The notes under the pieces were generated by a model. It searched no databases. It was not told the DNA's origin and saw only the letters and a program-made list of their open reading frames with translations. 64,000 bases of DNA from Narcine bancroftii (taxonomy: Eukaryota), in the NCBI RefSeq assembly GCF_036971445.1, contig NC_091478.1, positions 89,652,001 to 89,716,000 on the forward strand, written 5' to 3'. Positions within the stretch are counted from its first letter, which is position 1. Every line of letters begins with the position of its first letter. Made by a program: the position numbers and the translations under genes. This document shows positions 21,720-34,695 of this stretch, one piece after another.

Positions 21720-22990
21720 TACCGGTGCCCAAGTAACCTGCCTTAATTATTATCAACCAGTAGCACTTCTATCAACACTGATGAAGTGTTTTGAAAGGCA
21801 GGTGTTAGAGCATATCAACTTCTGTCAGAGCAGCGACATGGATGTGTTCCAGTTTGCCTATCATAGCAACAGGTCTACAGTGAATGCCAACTCGCTGGCT
21901 CTACCAAAGCCCTGGAACATCTGGGCAGCAAAGATGCATTGATCAGGATACTCTTTATCGACTACAGTTTGGTAAATTGTATGTTGTGTGATTTGTGCTT
22001 ATTGTCGATTGATAAAAAGACTGTTAATTAGAAATTAGTACTTGTGTTTTTATCTGTGTAAAATTTTGGGAAAATCAATCTCTCTGCCCCCCTTAACCAA
22101 AGAGTCCCCATATACCAATGGGTATTTAACACCATCATGTCCTCAAAACTGATCGGAAAACTCCAAGACCTGGGAATCAACAGCCCTCTGTATAATTGGA
22201 TCCTGGATTTCCTCATCTCCAGACCACAATCAGTGAGGATTGGTAAAAACATCTCCTCCACAATCTCCTTCAGCACTGGACCACCGAAGGGCTGTGTTCT
22301 TAGCCCCCTGCTGTACCCATTTTACACCTACAACTCTGTAGCTCAGTACGACAGTAGCACCATCTATAAACTTGCTGATGATGTATAAAGGAAGGGGATG
22401 AGTCAACCTATAGGAGGGAGATTGAAGACTTGGCTGAATATTGCACAGACAATAGCATTGTACACAATGTCACCAAAACCTAAAGGACTGATTGTTGATT
22501 TCAAGAAGGGAAAGCCAGAGTTATACAATCTAATGATTATTGGGGATCAGAGGTGGAGAAGGTGAGCAAATTTAAGTTCTTGGGAGTCACTATCTCAGAG
22601 GATCCTGGACCCAACACTCCAGTGGCATTGTGAATAAAGTATGTCAGTGCCTCTACTTCCTCAGGAGTTTGCAGAGGCTTGTTATGACATTAGAAAACCT
22701 GGCAAGATGGTGGAAAGTTTGCTGACCAGCTGCAATACAGTCTGGTATGGAACACCAAAACCCCTCCAAAAGGTAATGGACACAGCCCAGGACATTACAG
22801 TAAAAACCTTCCCTACCATCAAGAACATCTATAGGCAACATTGCTGTCGGAGAGCAGCAGCAATCATTAAGGATCCACACCACCCAGCACATGCTCTATT
22901 CTCACTGCTACCATCAGGAAAGCGGTATATGTGGAACAAGACTTGCACCCGCAAGTTCAGGAATCTCCTCATGAATCTCTTTAGAAAACA
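21720..22990 (+). mobile_element. Rex1/Babar LINE RT remnant; its probable 3' tail lies at ~23690-23795
   Basis: Frameshifted motifs MKCFER, IDYS.(A)[22 protein letters not shown] and IIKDPHHPAHALFSLLPSGKRY. Confidence 0.85.
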
Positions 22991-23144
22991 TTCAGTAATA
23001 TATCATTGCAAAATTGTCTAATTATGTAAGTTTGGACTCTAGCAACAGAAACACAGGCATGGATTTGATGTGCTTAATCGTCTCCTATGCTGCAAGTAAA
23101 TAGAAAAAATATAATTTAAGTTATTAAGTGAAGCATACCATGCA

Positions 23145-23395
23145 GGAACCCTGAGCAGTGTGGTTAGGATAACGCTATTACAGCACCAGCGATTGGGACC
23201 TGTGTTCAAATTCCATGCTGTCTGTAAGGAGTTGGTACATTCTCTCCGTGTCTGTGGGTTTTCCCTGAGGGCTCTGGTTTCTTTCCACAGTTCGAAACAT
23301 ACCAGGGATTGTATGTTAGTTGGATGTAATTGAGTGGCACAGGCACGTGGGCCAAAATGGCCTGTTACCATGCTGTTTGTCTAAAAATTTAAATA
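23145..23395 (+). mobile_element. tRNA-derived V-SINE (HE1-like)
   Basis: A box gtggttagga, B-box-like gttcaaattcc, V domain ggagttggtacattctctccgtgtctgtgggttttccctgagggctctggtttc, CR1-type tail gggccaaaatggcctgtt. Confidence 0.8.
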
Positions 23396-25849
23396 AGGCT
23401 CTGAGACTACATATGAAGAGCGAGCACAACTTTTGATGTTCTATTTTGACCCCCAGAGAATAAAAGATGAAACAGGTTTATGATCACTTTTTGAATTTTT
23501 GATGAATAAAAGTGAGCATAAAAAATTGGAAATAGGTAATAATTTTGAAAGTGAATTCAAATTCAAAGTAAGAAACTTGATGAGTTTTTCTACATCACAA
23601 AACATGTCTCCAAGACGAACATTGTTCTCTCTGCACAATGAAAAGGCTGGGATGTCAAGCGTTGGCAGGTTTCTGTCATGGGAAGAGTGGTGTGGAGTTT
23701 TTTTGCACTACCAATAAGTGGTAATTCTGCCTTGACCGCAGGAAAAAGAATCTCATTGTTGTATGTGAAGTCATGTAAATCTGAAATCTGAATTAAGAAA
23801 AGTACAATCGCTCAGACGGGGATATCCAATAGTTCTCCCATTAAGCACAGGGGAGCAGAAGAATAGATATTGTATGTAGTCAGATTATGGAAAATTGAAG
23901 AATCCAGGACCAGAAGTTGGGGTCTCAGCATAGGAGCATCCATTTAAGAAAGTGTTTGAAACTCCCTGCCACAGAAAACTGTGACAGGGTCCTTGTATGT
24001 TCCTGAGGACAAAATGAATGGATTTCTATTGAATAGAAAGAGTTATGATTAAAAAGCAAGAAAATGAATGAGAAATGTTGGAGTAGCAATAGTCCCATTA
24101 GAATTTTGGAATAAGATCAGATCTGAATGACCTGTTCCTACTTCTGGTGGTTCTGACCACTGGCAGTGAGTCAAAATTCCAGAAAGCAATAGAGTAGGCC
24201 AAGAAAGAGAACATTATCAGTACAACAGAGGAGTCAACTACCACGGCTCTTCTAAAACTACCTCGGTCCTTCTCATTTCAACTTGATGGCCAAACTTTGA
24301 GCTCATGCAGGTCCTCGTTTTTGGGGTTTTCTCTCTTGGCTTTACATCCTCTTTCCTGACTCGAGTTATGAAGCAAGCACGTCTGAAACACGGGGAAGAG
24401 TGTTTATCCCATAGTCTGTTACATAAAAGGAAGAAAGATTCATAGTGTGGGGTCTCTTATGACTAAGCAAAGTGAATTGTTAAATCTGAATTCAAGGGTA
24501 CATCCCATTTGATGTGCCGGCAGCAATGAGAAATCCGCCACAGTAGGAGATGACTACAGACCCTTCAACTTTCCCCTCTTCTTCCCTGGGACACCAAGGT
24601 TAGAAGCTTTCACTGCTAGTTTCAAACAAACTTCCCTCTCTTTGTAGCTTGTCGCTGTTATGTACAATTCCTCTGACATTTCATGATCCTCTCTGAAAGA
24701 AGTTTTGGACATTTTCAAAACTGAGCATGAGTGGGACAGATATTTGAGGTGTACAGTTTGGGTATCAACAGCAATCAGAGTCAGTCATCATTTTTTATTC
24801 TGAATTGAGCAAAAAAGGTACAAGGCATGTTTATTACTGATTAATCTGGACAGAAAGGATTATAAATGGATATTCATCCCTCAGTGCACAGCATGGTTAA
24901 AAATTACCAGCCCTGACACTGAGTTTTGTGGTCAGGTTTCAAATTTTATATTGCATCTGGTCATTTCCTTAAGATATTTTATTATAATGTCCATTATTTT
25001 CCTGCAGGGTTTACATCAAGTTAAAACTAATGAGTCATGTTCTTGGAAACTGACAAATTACAGTAATTTATCATATCCAAAATACCCCACAATGCAATTC
25101 ACCTGAAATCACTGCCTGAAAATGCAAGGATAATAGTTTGTCTCTCTGTGAAAATCATTGCATTCACAGATTAAAAACATATGTGTCTTTGAACCCAAAA
25201 ATAATTAAGAAGGCAACAACACATTTCAGAACTTTAGCCCCAGCATTTACTGTAGCCAAGCTGGGTCATGAAAGATGGAGTCTGAAGTATATTTTGTACT
25301 TTTTAACTAGAGGCTTCACATTAAAGTACCCTGTCTGTCAGCTAGAGTGCACTTTATCCTATAACAGGCCAGGCAGAGTTGAGCGAAGGTCTGTGATGAA
25401 AACGAAGAGGTGTATGGCCAGAGATTACAGTGGGCGGTAAGGCATGTTGAAGGGCAAGGGAACAAGATGGCAATCACAAGAGGTGATATAGTAGTATTGA
25501 GATGGAGTGAAAGCAATTGGAGTAGAAAGCTGGAGATGAGGTGTTGGGCAAAGCTTGGTTGCTGGGGGAAATGTATATTTACCAGTTGGGTTTTCAATTT
25601 GGATTCCTTCAAAGGAACTTTGAGCTATGTGAAGACATTTCTAGCCTTTTATACTTGACATACTTGAACTATTGGCACAAAAATGAATAACTGAAATATT
25701 TTGATTGAAAATAATTGTTGCTCAAATTAAATACTTCTGTGGGTTTGCACAAAATATTTTATTTGAAAACTGTTGAATATGTTGTTTCACTTGAGACAGA
25801 TCCCGCACACTTACAACTTTATGATTCAGAAGATTAACATTAAAAGGGA

Positions 25850-26620
25850 GGGTTATGAAATCTATCATCAGGGAGAGGGATGACTAAGCTCTTGGACAAA
25901 TATGAGTTGATCAAAGAGAACCACTTTGTGAAGGGTGGATCATGCCTGTCAGTTTGAAGTGTGGAGGAGTATGCACTGAAGTGGAGAGGGGAGTCTCCTG
26001 ATATATTTTGTAAGAACATCCAAAAGGTATTTGATAAACATCTACGAAATATTATCAACAATTTGAGTAGATGAAAAGAAGCAACCTTGGGTTGATAATT
26101 GATTGGAATATAAGGGACAGCGAGTAGGGAGAGAGAAAATATATTGATGGGTGGAACGTGACCATTGTGTTTCTTTGGCATTTGTATCTCTACATATTTA
26201 TTTAATGGCCTGGCCAAAATAACAGCACCATATATCGGAATTTGCAGATGGCACTAAGCTAAGAGGTCATATGGTTGACCATATTAGGTCTACAAAGAGA
26301 TTTGTGTGAATTAAATGCATGAGTTAAACCATGGCACCTGTAATTCAATGCACAGTGGTACTCCCTTGGATAAAAGGAAGAATGCATAGGATACTTTTGG
26401 AGTAGAAAACTAGAAGCTGCAAGAGCAAAGGTGTGAAGTACACAGGCACACCAATCACTGAAATCAATTGCAGTAAGATTGAAAAAAGAACTATTGGAAT
26501 TTGAACCTTTATTGTCAGAAAGTGGCAATATGGATTGGCAGATGTGCTTCAGTGAGCTGACCTATCAGGAGTACTGAATGCATTTCTGGGTCCCTCATCT
26601 TGAAGAATAAGTTGGTTTTG
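25850..26620 (+). mobile_element. Highly degraded CR1 RT remnant
   Basis: Traces of HxFVKGxSCL, FQKxFDK and FADxTKL in the expected order. Confidence 0.55.
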
Positions 26621-26908
26621 GAGTCAGTTTTGCCAAATTTATATTGAAGTTCAGAGTAAAATTTGATGATGGAAAGCAAATGCTAAACCACATTGGCTGT
26701 TCTGGTGAGGATACTCCCACAGAGCTGTTGGTTGCAGAGATCCAGGGTTTTGACTGAGGTGGGGGGGACTGCACATTCTGGGCTTCCAACAGGCTTGCAG
26801 CCATTGTCCTTGGTGTCAGAGGTTGCAGGTTTGGAAAATTCTTTTGGAGTGATGTAAGGGTGTCAAGAAGTGATTTCCTTGCTGTAGAGTTAAAATAAAA
26901 GGACAATA

Positions 26909-27100
26909 CTGGAGAAACTCAGCAGGTCAAACTGTGAACTTTGTATAGTAAAGATAAAGATATATGACCAACGTTTTCGGCTTGAAGCCCTTCATCAAGG
27001 TATAGCTGGAGAAACTCAGCAGGTCTAACAGTGGACTTCATATAGCAAAGGTAAAGGTGCAGAACCAATGTTTTGGGCTTGAGGCCTTCATCAAGGTATG
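26909..27100 (-). mobile_element. Tandem dimer (~97-bp units) of Penelope-like terminal repeat
   Basis: ctggagaaactcagcaggtc...ccttcatcaaggtat repeated at 26909 and 27006. Confidence 0.75.
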
Positions 27101-29641
27101 GATTAGGATAATCATGAACCACCCTCCCTCACCACAACCAGCCTCATCTCCATACCACCCTGTCCCAGGATATTGGTAATGAAAAACTAGATGAATATAG
27201 TGCCATAGACAGGCAGAGGTAGATAGTTAGACTCTCTCCTATGAGAGGTAATCATTGCCTGGTACTTGCCACTGAGGAGCCTAGGCTAGTTTTTGTCGTA
27301 AGCACAGATTATTTCATTTGCTGAGGAACTGGGAATGAAATTGGACATTGTGTGATTGTCAGTGAACATTCTCACCTCTGAGTTCACTCCTGTTCTACCA
27401 AGCCCAATTTAAATATATTAATGAAGTGACCTATCTCCCAATGGTGGGGTATTGCACAAAAGAGGAAAGGGCATATGTGATATGTTCTTCACATTTTAAT
27501 TTAACCCTCCTTTGTTATTGAAACCTTGGTCTCAGCAAGCAATAATTAGTGACTTCTGGCTAAGTGAACTGTACGAAAATTCCACCAGAGTCTGTAACAA
27601 TTATAGCAAGTCTTCCTTGCGCTGTCTCTCCACCCTCTTGCAATAATGACCAACATTTCGACAGCCTTTGTAGTTCCTTGTTGAACCTACATGCTAACCT
27701 TCTGGAGGTGAGAAAATCTTGTTCTGACTTTTGTTTCAATTTCAGTTCTTTATTAAATGACACATTTTTATAACTAACTCAACTAACAGAAAGTAACTTT
27801 AAAAAAAAAATCAAGCATAAACAATTGTTGTTGCAGCTGCAACTAAAACAATTTTATTTGGAATATATATTTAAAAAAAAATCACCAGATAATTAACAGA
27901 AGTCTGATGAGACAAAAGTAGATAATGAGATGAAAGATATCTTAGAAAGGGATGCCAGAAAAACCTGGACAGAGTGGGCTTTAAAGGAAGGATGGAATTA
28001 TATAGCGTTCCAGACTTTGACATCTTTTGAGTTGAATTCTTAACAGACTATAGAGAGAAGACACAGCATTGGAAGAGTCAGAGGTAAAGCGAGGAAGATG
28101 GAAATCTATTGCAAATTATGGACGATAACGTCTCAAGAAGAATACTCGGTATCGTTTACTTGAATGAATTTGAGATTGTCTCATTGTTTCCAATGATTAC
28201 CAATGTTTACATACTAAAATATTTTTTTTAAAAGCAGGAAAATGCTTAATGTGAGAATGAGAATTTTAAAGCTGATGTTTGTGAGTCAGGCGCCAATGCA
28301 TGCAATCAACAAGGATAAGAGGAAGGACAAAGGATTTTTTAAGATATTTGCAGCAGGAATTTTACAAGTTGGAAACTGGCCTGAATCTTGGGAGAGTCCA
28401 AAGCAGTTACTCTACTTAAACAAGAAGCCCTCAATATCTATGCAAGTCTGCTCTTTTCAAATTAGCAATGATCAACATCCTTAGCCAATAAGTGAAGAAT
28501 AAACAAGATTAAAGTTAGCAATTATTTGGTTTAATGTTGCCAACTAATGATACTTAGAAAAATCCTCAGGTTTAAATTCCACTGCAGAATTTGGGTGGAC
28601 TATTACATTAGCACAGACCCATCTTGCAGAAGAGAAATCAAACAAAATTTTCTCCAATTGGTCAAGTAAATGTCAAATAACCCTTGGAAAAAATTCAAGA
28701 AAAGTGGGGAGCATTCTGTTAATGGATAAAATTTATTCCAGATTTATCAGAATTGATTGATTACACTGGACAATTTTTCTCAGAAGGTTTGCTTCCTGAC
28801 AAAGAATTGGGGATTATGAGATACAACTTTATAGAGGAACACAAATATAATTTCAGATTTGCTGCATCATGTAGGAAGCTTGAGAAACATTATTGGATTT
28901 GGCACGTTTAATCGCATAATGATACTGACATATTGTGTTAGTTCCACCGACCTAAAAATGTTTTGCCGCTGATTTTCATTTGTACTCAGCATCTGATGCC
29001 TCTCACGTCAGTGTCCAACGATAGTCAGCCAGCATTGATGGACTCAAGTTGCCCTGATCCAGCTTTTCCATGATTGCAATGTCCTGGTGAAATCATTCAC
29101 CATGTTCGTCACTGATCAAGATCAGCAGGAAGACGTCCAAGTGCAAATGCAGAGAATGAATTTTCAATTATATGTTGCACTTCATGATTTTGTATGTTTG
29201 AAGTAGACTTAAAATAAGTGAGGAAATCACAAAAAAATATGTAATATGTAAAAAAAATGTGTTACAGGCAATTTTTAAGGTGATATTTGTATCAGCAGCC
29301 TAAATTCCATAAAATACCTCCAAAATTGTTCAGGAAGTAAAATCTCGGTGGTCCACTGTTATTTACTTCTAATTTGGGGGAACTTCTGTGCACGTATTAG
29401 TTGCTAGATTTGTCTACAAGGTAACAGTTCAAAAGTGCTTCAGAAGTGATAAATCGTCTTGAGACATTTCAAGGAGGTGTAGGGTCCTCAATAATAGCAA
29501 ATTATTTATTTATTTCTGTAAGCTTAATATCTTTCATTGAATGCATTTCTCTTTGCAGAAGTACCATTACTCTGCTATTTACAAACAGGTGAGTTTTGTT
29601 TGAGCTCTCCTTACACTGTGAGTATCTCTCAATAAACAACA

Positions 29642-29913
29642 CAGGTGCTCCTCAACTTAAAATGGGGGTACATGCTGGCAAATACATCGTAAGTCAAAAA
29701 ATAGTAAGTTGTAAAAGAGTACTGCACCTACAATTTTTTATAATTAAATTTTGAATACCTTTATTCATTAACATACACAATTGATAGGACTTAGGGCAAG
29801 AAAAATTTTTGCAGCGTTGCAAGTGCGGAAAGAGATTGGAATTCGAAAATGAAACTATAGATTCGAACCATTGAAAATCGTAAGTCAGACCATCGTAAGT
29901 AGGGGAACACCTG
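29642..29913. mobile_element. Tigger-type MITE
   Basis: TIRs caggtgctcctcaactta / taagtaggggaacacctg; internal (atcg)taagt repeats; TA on the right flank. Confidence 0.75.
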
Positions 29914-32439
29914 TACTGAGTCAGTGTGAGAGATTGCTTGAATTATTCTTGATTTGATTGTGTCTGAATGTTGCCCTGATTTTTATTTATTGTTCATGTA
30001 ATTTGTTATTTATAGTTGCAATGTACAATTTATTTGTCTTGGTTAATACATTCCATTTTAAACTAGTTCTTGTATGTTATGAAGTCCTTTATGGGTTTAG
30101 AAACCATGTTCCATATTCATAATTCAAATTAATATTATCAGAATTAAAATGTACCAGGTGTGCCAAAACATCATTTTAAATATAAACTTGAAATATTAGT
30201 ATCAGAATATGGTGTGTTAAATATCATTTTGCAATTTAGTTTCATTAAATAAATGTGGAACAACTGTTAATAACATTTAAATTACAAAATGACAAATCTC
30301 TTTTCCCTTCTGCCCCCACCCCCCCCCCCCCCCCCCCACACTTAACTAATTTGTCTTTTTTTTCCTGTTTTGCATCTTTTGACGAGAATTATCTCCATTC
30401 ATTCTCACTTCATTCTTTGCCTTGGTCTCAAATCAATGAGATTTTCCAGTTATCTGCAAAGGGTCAGTAATCATTGTTAAACTCAAAAGAACTATTCCAT
30501 GAAGATTTTGAAGGCTTATTCTATGCTTATTTTTCCTGTCTAAACAGGATGATTCTTGCTTGCTTCCATTTTCCATCTGACATGGATTCTTCTCTCATAA
30601 ATCTCACTGTTTCATAAACCTCAGTCTTCTCCTCGGTAGCACCCCTTGGTAACATTGTTTCTCACTTACTCATACAGATTATTAAACAGGCATAAATGTT
30701 CTCATTCTTGTTGTGAGTTACTCTCTGCTGTCTTCCGTAGTCTCAAGGTCATGGTCATCCCAAAAGGGTGTCTTGTCATACCCTAGTCATTGTGCTAAGC
30801 TTAAAGTTGAAAAACATGGTCCTGATTCTGCTACGATACGCTGCATTCCTTTCTATATCTGGGAACACAGCCAACTTCAAAGATAGATGTAAATATATTT
30901 TCATTTCCCTGAACAATGAACTGTGCTCAATTTTGGCAACACCTTCCACAGATTCATATGAATCCTGCTTCGCCATCATATGGTCATTTGTACCAAATAT
31001 AATTTATCGTGAATCCCTGGAGGTTGTTGGGAGAAATCGAACAAAAATACATTCAAGCAGAGGCAGTGAACTATATTTTGGAAAGACCAGAGACTGCACG
31101 TAGGATAAATGGCAAAGTTAGGCTGGTACAGAGAACACATGAAGAGGGAGTGTGAATTGGCATATGGACACTGAAAGATGATGGAAAAGACGAAGACAGA
31201 CCATTGTCATAATTCATTCCAAGGTTGTCTGAAAATTCTGGGATGCGGCCCTTGTCAAATAAAAGTAATATTATCACTTTTAGCATTTGCTTCGCCAGTT
31301 GAAGGAGGGACTTAATGGCATCCCTTAGCTGAAAACCAAATCAATAGCTGCTTTTGGGCTAAAACCTTTTTGCAATCCCTTGATTGCACTGAATAGAAAA
31401 CTATTCTCATTCAATTGTGTCAAATGTGATCAATATAAACACCTGAGTGTTGGACACTGTCACTGAGATTCAGTTCTATTGAATATGATGGAACTGAATA
31501 TACAATGAGTGATTGTACCATTGAAAAAAAAAAATTCCAGGCAGATGTCGTTGATATTGAGCATAAAGTGATCACGAAGCATTATCATGACCTTGTACAA
31601 CTTATGGTGCAAAATGGTAGAAATATGATGCATCTGCCTGGTCTGGTTTGGGAGCACTAAACATTCTTATCCTGAACTCTACAAACCACTGATCCTCCAT
31701 CAGGGCGAGCCATCAGTTAGTTTGGCAATTTGTGCGACTGCTGGCACAGGTTCAGGTTTCTTGATCACAGTGGAATCCAGATCCACAATGGTGGTGGACT
31801 GAGCTAACTGATCTCTCTCTCTTCAGCACTAAAACCTTGGGAGGTTGAGACCATTGTCTTTGATGACCATTGTCTTTGACTTTACAAATGTTAAGTTAGG
31901 AATTTCCACAACTCTGCAGCCACTCACAATTCCCTCTGAGTGCAGGAACCAGAAAAAAAAAATCAGCTGATTGTCCAGCAGCCTTTATAAGTAAATCCAT
32001 TTCAAGTATATCTTCAGAGGAAGTATAAAGGGTCGGAAATCTAGTTTATCCCTTTCCCCATATGAGCTGATTATACTGCATGCAACTAATTTTTCAGCTC
32101 CCGCTGGAATTTAAAAGGGTTCATCACACTCATGGCAATAAATTCCAACTGGTTGACTGATCCTGTTAATAATCACTGCAAAGGATTTGAAGTTTCAACA
32201 GCAGGGAGAAACTCAGAGATCAATAAAAGAAAAAGAGACCATAAGTTTGGATTTGGACACTTTTCTCCAATGCATCAACCGAGTTTTTTCCAAGTTGAAA
32301 GAAATGAAGGGGGCTGATATATATTTCTTTTCTGTCTCTTTTTTTTGGTGACCATCTTTCTTTTCAGATGTCAATGAGAATTGCCTGGGGGATTATCTTC
32401 ACTTTACCAAATTAACAAGGTTAGGAAATCTAATCACTG

Positions 32440-33030
32440 ATATGAAATACTGCAGATTTTGGAAATCTGAAATAAAAATACAAAACTCTTCAGGATGTCA
32501 GGCCATAGAGGCAGAAACTAAAATGGGGCTGTTTTTAGCTGATTACTTTTTTTAATCTGTCCAAAAAAAATGTATGAATGGGAATTTAAAGGAGCTGGGA
32601 AGAGTGGAACAGAGAGGGAAATGTATGTGGAAGGTTAAAGAGGAGACAAGGATGATAATGCAAGAAAAAAAAGGATGGTGCTGGCATGCTGAATGGATGA
32701 ATGGGGGGGGGGGGGGGGGGGTTAAATGCAGTTAATCATCCGCAAGGCTTGTATGGAAAAAAAGATTGGTGGTCATGATCTGAAATTATTGAGGTTTATT
32801 GTTGAAGACTGCAATGTTCTGAATTAAAAGATGAGGTGAAGTTCCAAGAACTTCCATTGAGTTTTGATTGCAGGGTGCAAAGGTGACTCTATAATATTAG
32901 ATTGGAGAATGAAGATAACAAGCATTCAGTAGCCTGGGTGATGTTTGTGAAAATGTTCTGCAAGTAATCAGCCTGTTCATATTTGCTCGCTCCAATGCAG
33001 AGGGGATCATTTTGCGATTAGAAAATCTAG
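32440..33030 (-). mobile_element. Degraded Penelope-like element 3' part
   Basis: PLE end tactgcagattttggaaatctgaaataaaaatacaaa, a purine-rich tract, then GIY-YIG-region-like sequence (ctccaatgcagagggg). Confidence 0.45.
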
Positions 33031-33072
33031 AGCAGCAAGTGGAAAGAGTTTTCAGTTTTGTTCAATTCTTCA

Positions 33073-34695
33073 GACCTTTCTGGGAATTTTCTGTAGAAAT
33101 TGCAGGGGCTCTGGCAGAAATATTTAAAATATCCTTAGCCACAGGTGTGGTGCCGCAGGATTGGAGAGTATGTTCTGTTGTTTAAAAAAGGCTCCAAGAA
33201 ATTATAGGCCAGTGAGCCTGACAACAGTAGTAGGTAAATTATTGGAAGATGTTCTAACAGATTATTTGGATAGCCATACATTGATTAGGGATAGTCAACA
33301 TGGCTTTGTGCGTGGTAGGTCATGTTTAACCAATCTGATAGAGTTTTTTGGGGAGATTACCGGGAAAGTTGATGAAGCAAAGGCTGTGAATGTTGTCTAC
33401 GTGGACTTTAGTAAGGCCTTTGACAAGGTCTCACATGGGAGGTTAGTCAGGAAAGTTCATTCGTTAGGTGTTCTTGGTGAAGTAGTGAACTGGATTTGAC
33501 AATGGCTGGATGGGAGAAGGCCAGAGAGTAGTGGTGGATGATTGCTTCTCAGACTGGAGGCCTGTGACTAGTGGTGTGCCTCAGGGATCAGTGCTAGGAC
33601 CAGTGTTGTTTGTCATCTATATCAATGATCTCGATGATATTGTGGTAAATTGGATCAGCAAGTTTGCAGATGACTCTAAGATTAGAGGTGCTGTGGACAG
33701 CAAAGAAGGTTTTCAAAGCTTGTAGAGGGATATGAACTAGCTGGAAAAATTGGCTGAAAAATGGCAGATGGAATTTAATGCAGACAAATATGAGTTGTTG
33801 GATTTTGGAAGGAAAAAGCAAAAAAGGAGATACACGATAAATGGTAGGGCAATGAGGAGTGTGGTAAAACAGAGGGATCTGGGAATATAGATACATAATT
33901 CCCTGGAAGTGGCATCACATATGGATAGGGTTGTAAAGAGACCTTTCAGCATATTGGCCTTCATAAATCAAAGTATTGAGTGTAGGAGTTGGGATGTTAT
34001 GTTAAAGTTGTATAAGACATTGGTGAGACTAAAGTTTGAGTATCATGTGTAGTTTTGGTCACCTAACTACAGGAAAGATATCAATCAATAAGATTGAAAG
34101 AGTGCAGAGAAAATTTACCAAGATGTTGCCTGGACTTCAGGAACTGAGTTGCAGGGAAAGGTTAAACAAAACTGTAAACTCTTTCCACTTGCTGCTCTAG
34201 ATTTTCTAATCACAAAATGATCCTCTCTGCATTGGAGCAAGCAAATATGAACAGGGTGACTACCTTGCAGAACACTTTCACAAACATCGCCCAGGCTACT
34301 GAAACATGGAAGAATGAGGGAGATTTCATAGAGGAATTTAAAATTATGAGGGGGACAGACAGAGTAAATGTAGATAGGCATTTTCCACCAAGGGTAGGTG
34401 AGATACAAACCAGAGTACTTGGATTAAGAATGCAAGAGGAAATGCTTAGGGGGATCAGGAGAGGGTAATTTCTTCACACAGAGAGTGGTAATGTGGAATG
34501 AGCTGGCAACTGATGTGGTGAATGTGGGCTCAATTTTAACATTTAAGGAGAATTTGGATAGGTACATGGATGGGAGACGTATGGAGGGCTATGGACTGGG
34601 TGCAGGCCAGTGGGAATAGGAAAAAAAAACAGTTTGGCATGAACTAGAAGGGACGAAAGGACCTGTTTCTGAACTATAGTGTTCTATGGTTCTAG
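33073..34695 (+). mobile_element. 5'-truncated CR1 LINE
   Basis: NYRPVSLT, QHGFVRGRSCLTNL, DFSKAFD, SGVPQGSVLGP, FADD; 3' tail gttctatggttcta; candidate degenerate TSD containing attcttca (33065-33072 and 34702-34709). Confidence 0.93.
34162..34303 (-). repeat. Inverted copy of 32925-33065 inserted in the CR1
   Basis: The reverse complement aligns end to end with 32925-33065, with about 10 differences in ~140 bp by manual count. Confidence 0.9.

Noticed and set aside
26909-27100. CRISPR-like repeat-spacer pattern
   Set aside because: Vertebrate DNA, only two units, and the spacers are homologous to each other. It is a tandem Penelope-type repeat.
30740-31260. ORFs on both strands with faint LINE endonuclease-like words
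   Set aside because: No convincing motif series; cannot be assigned by eye.
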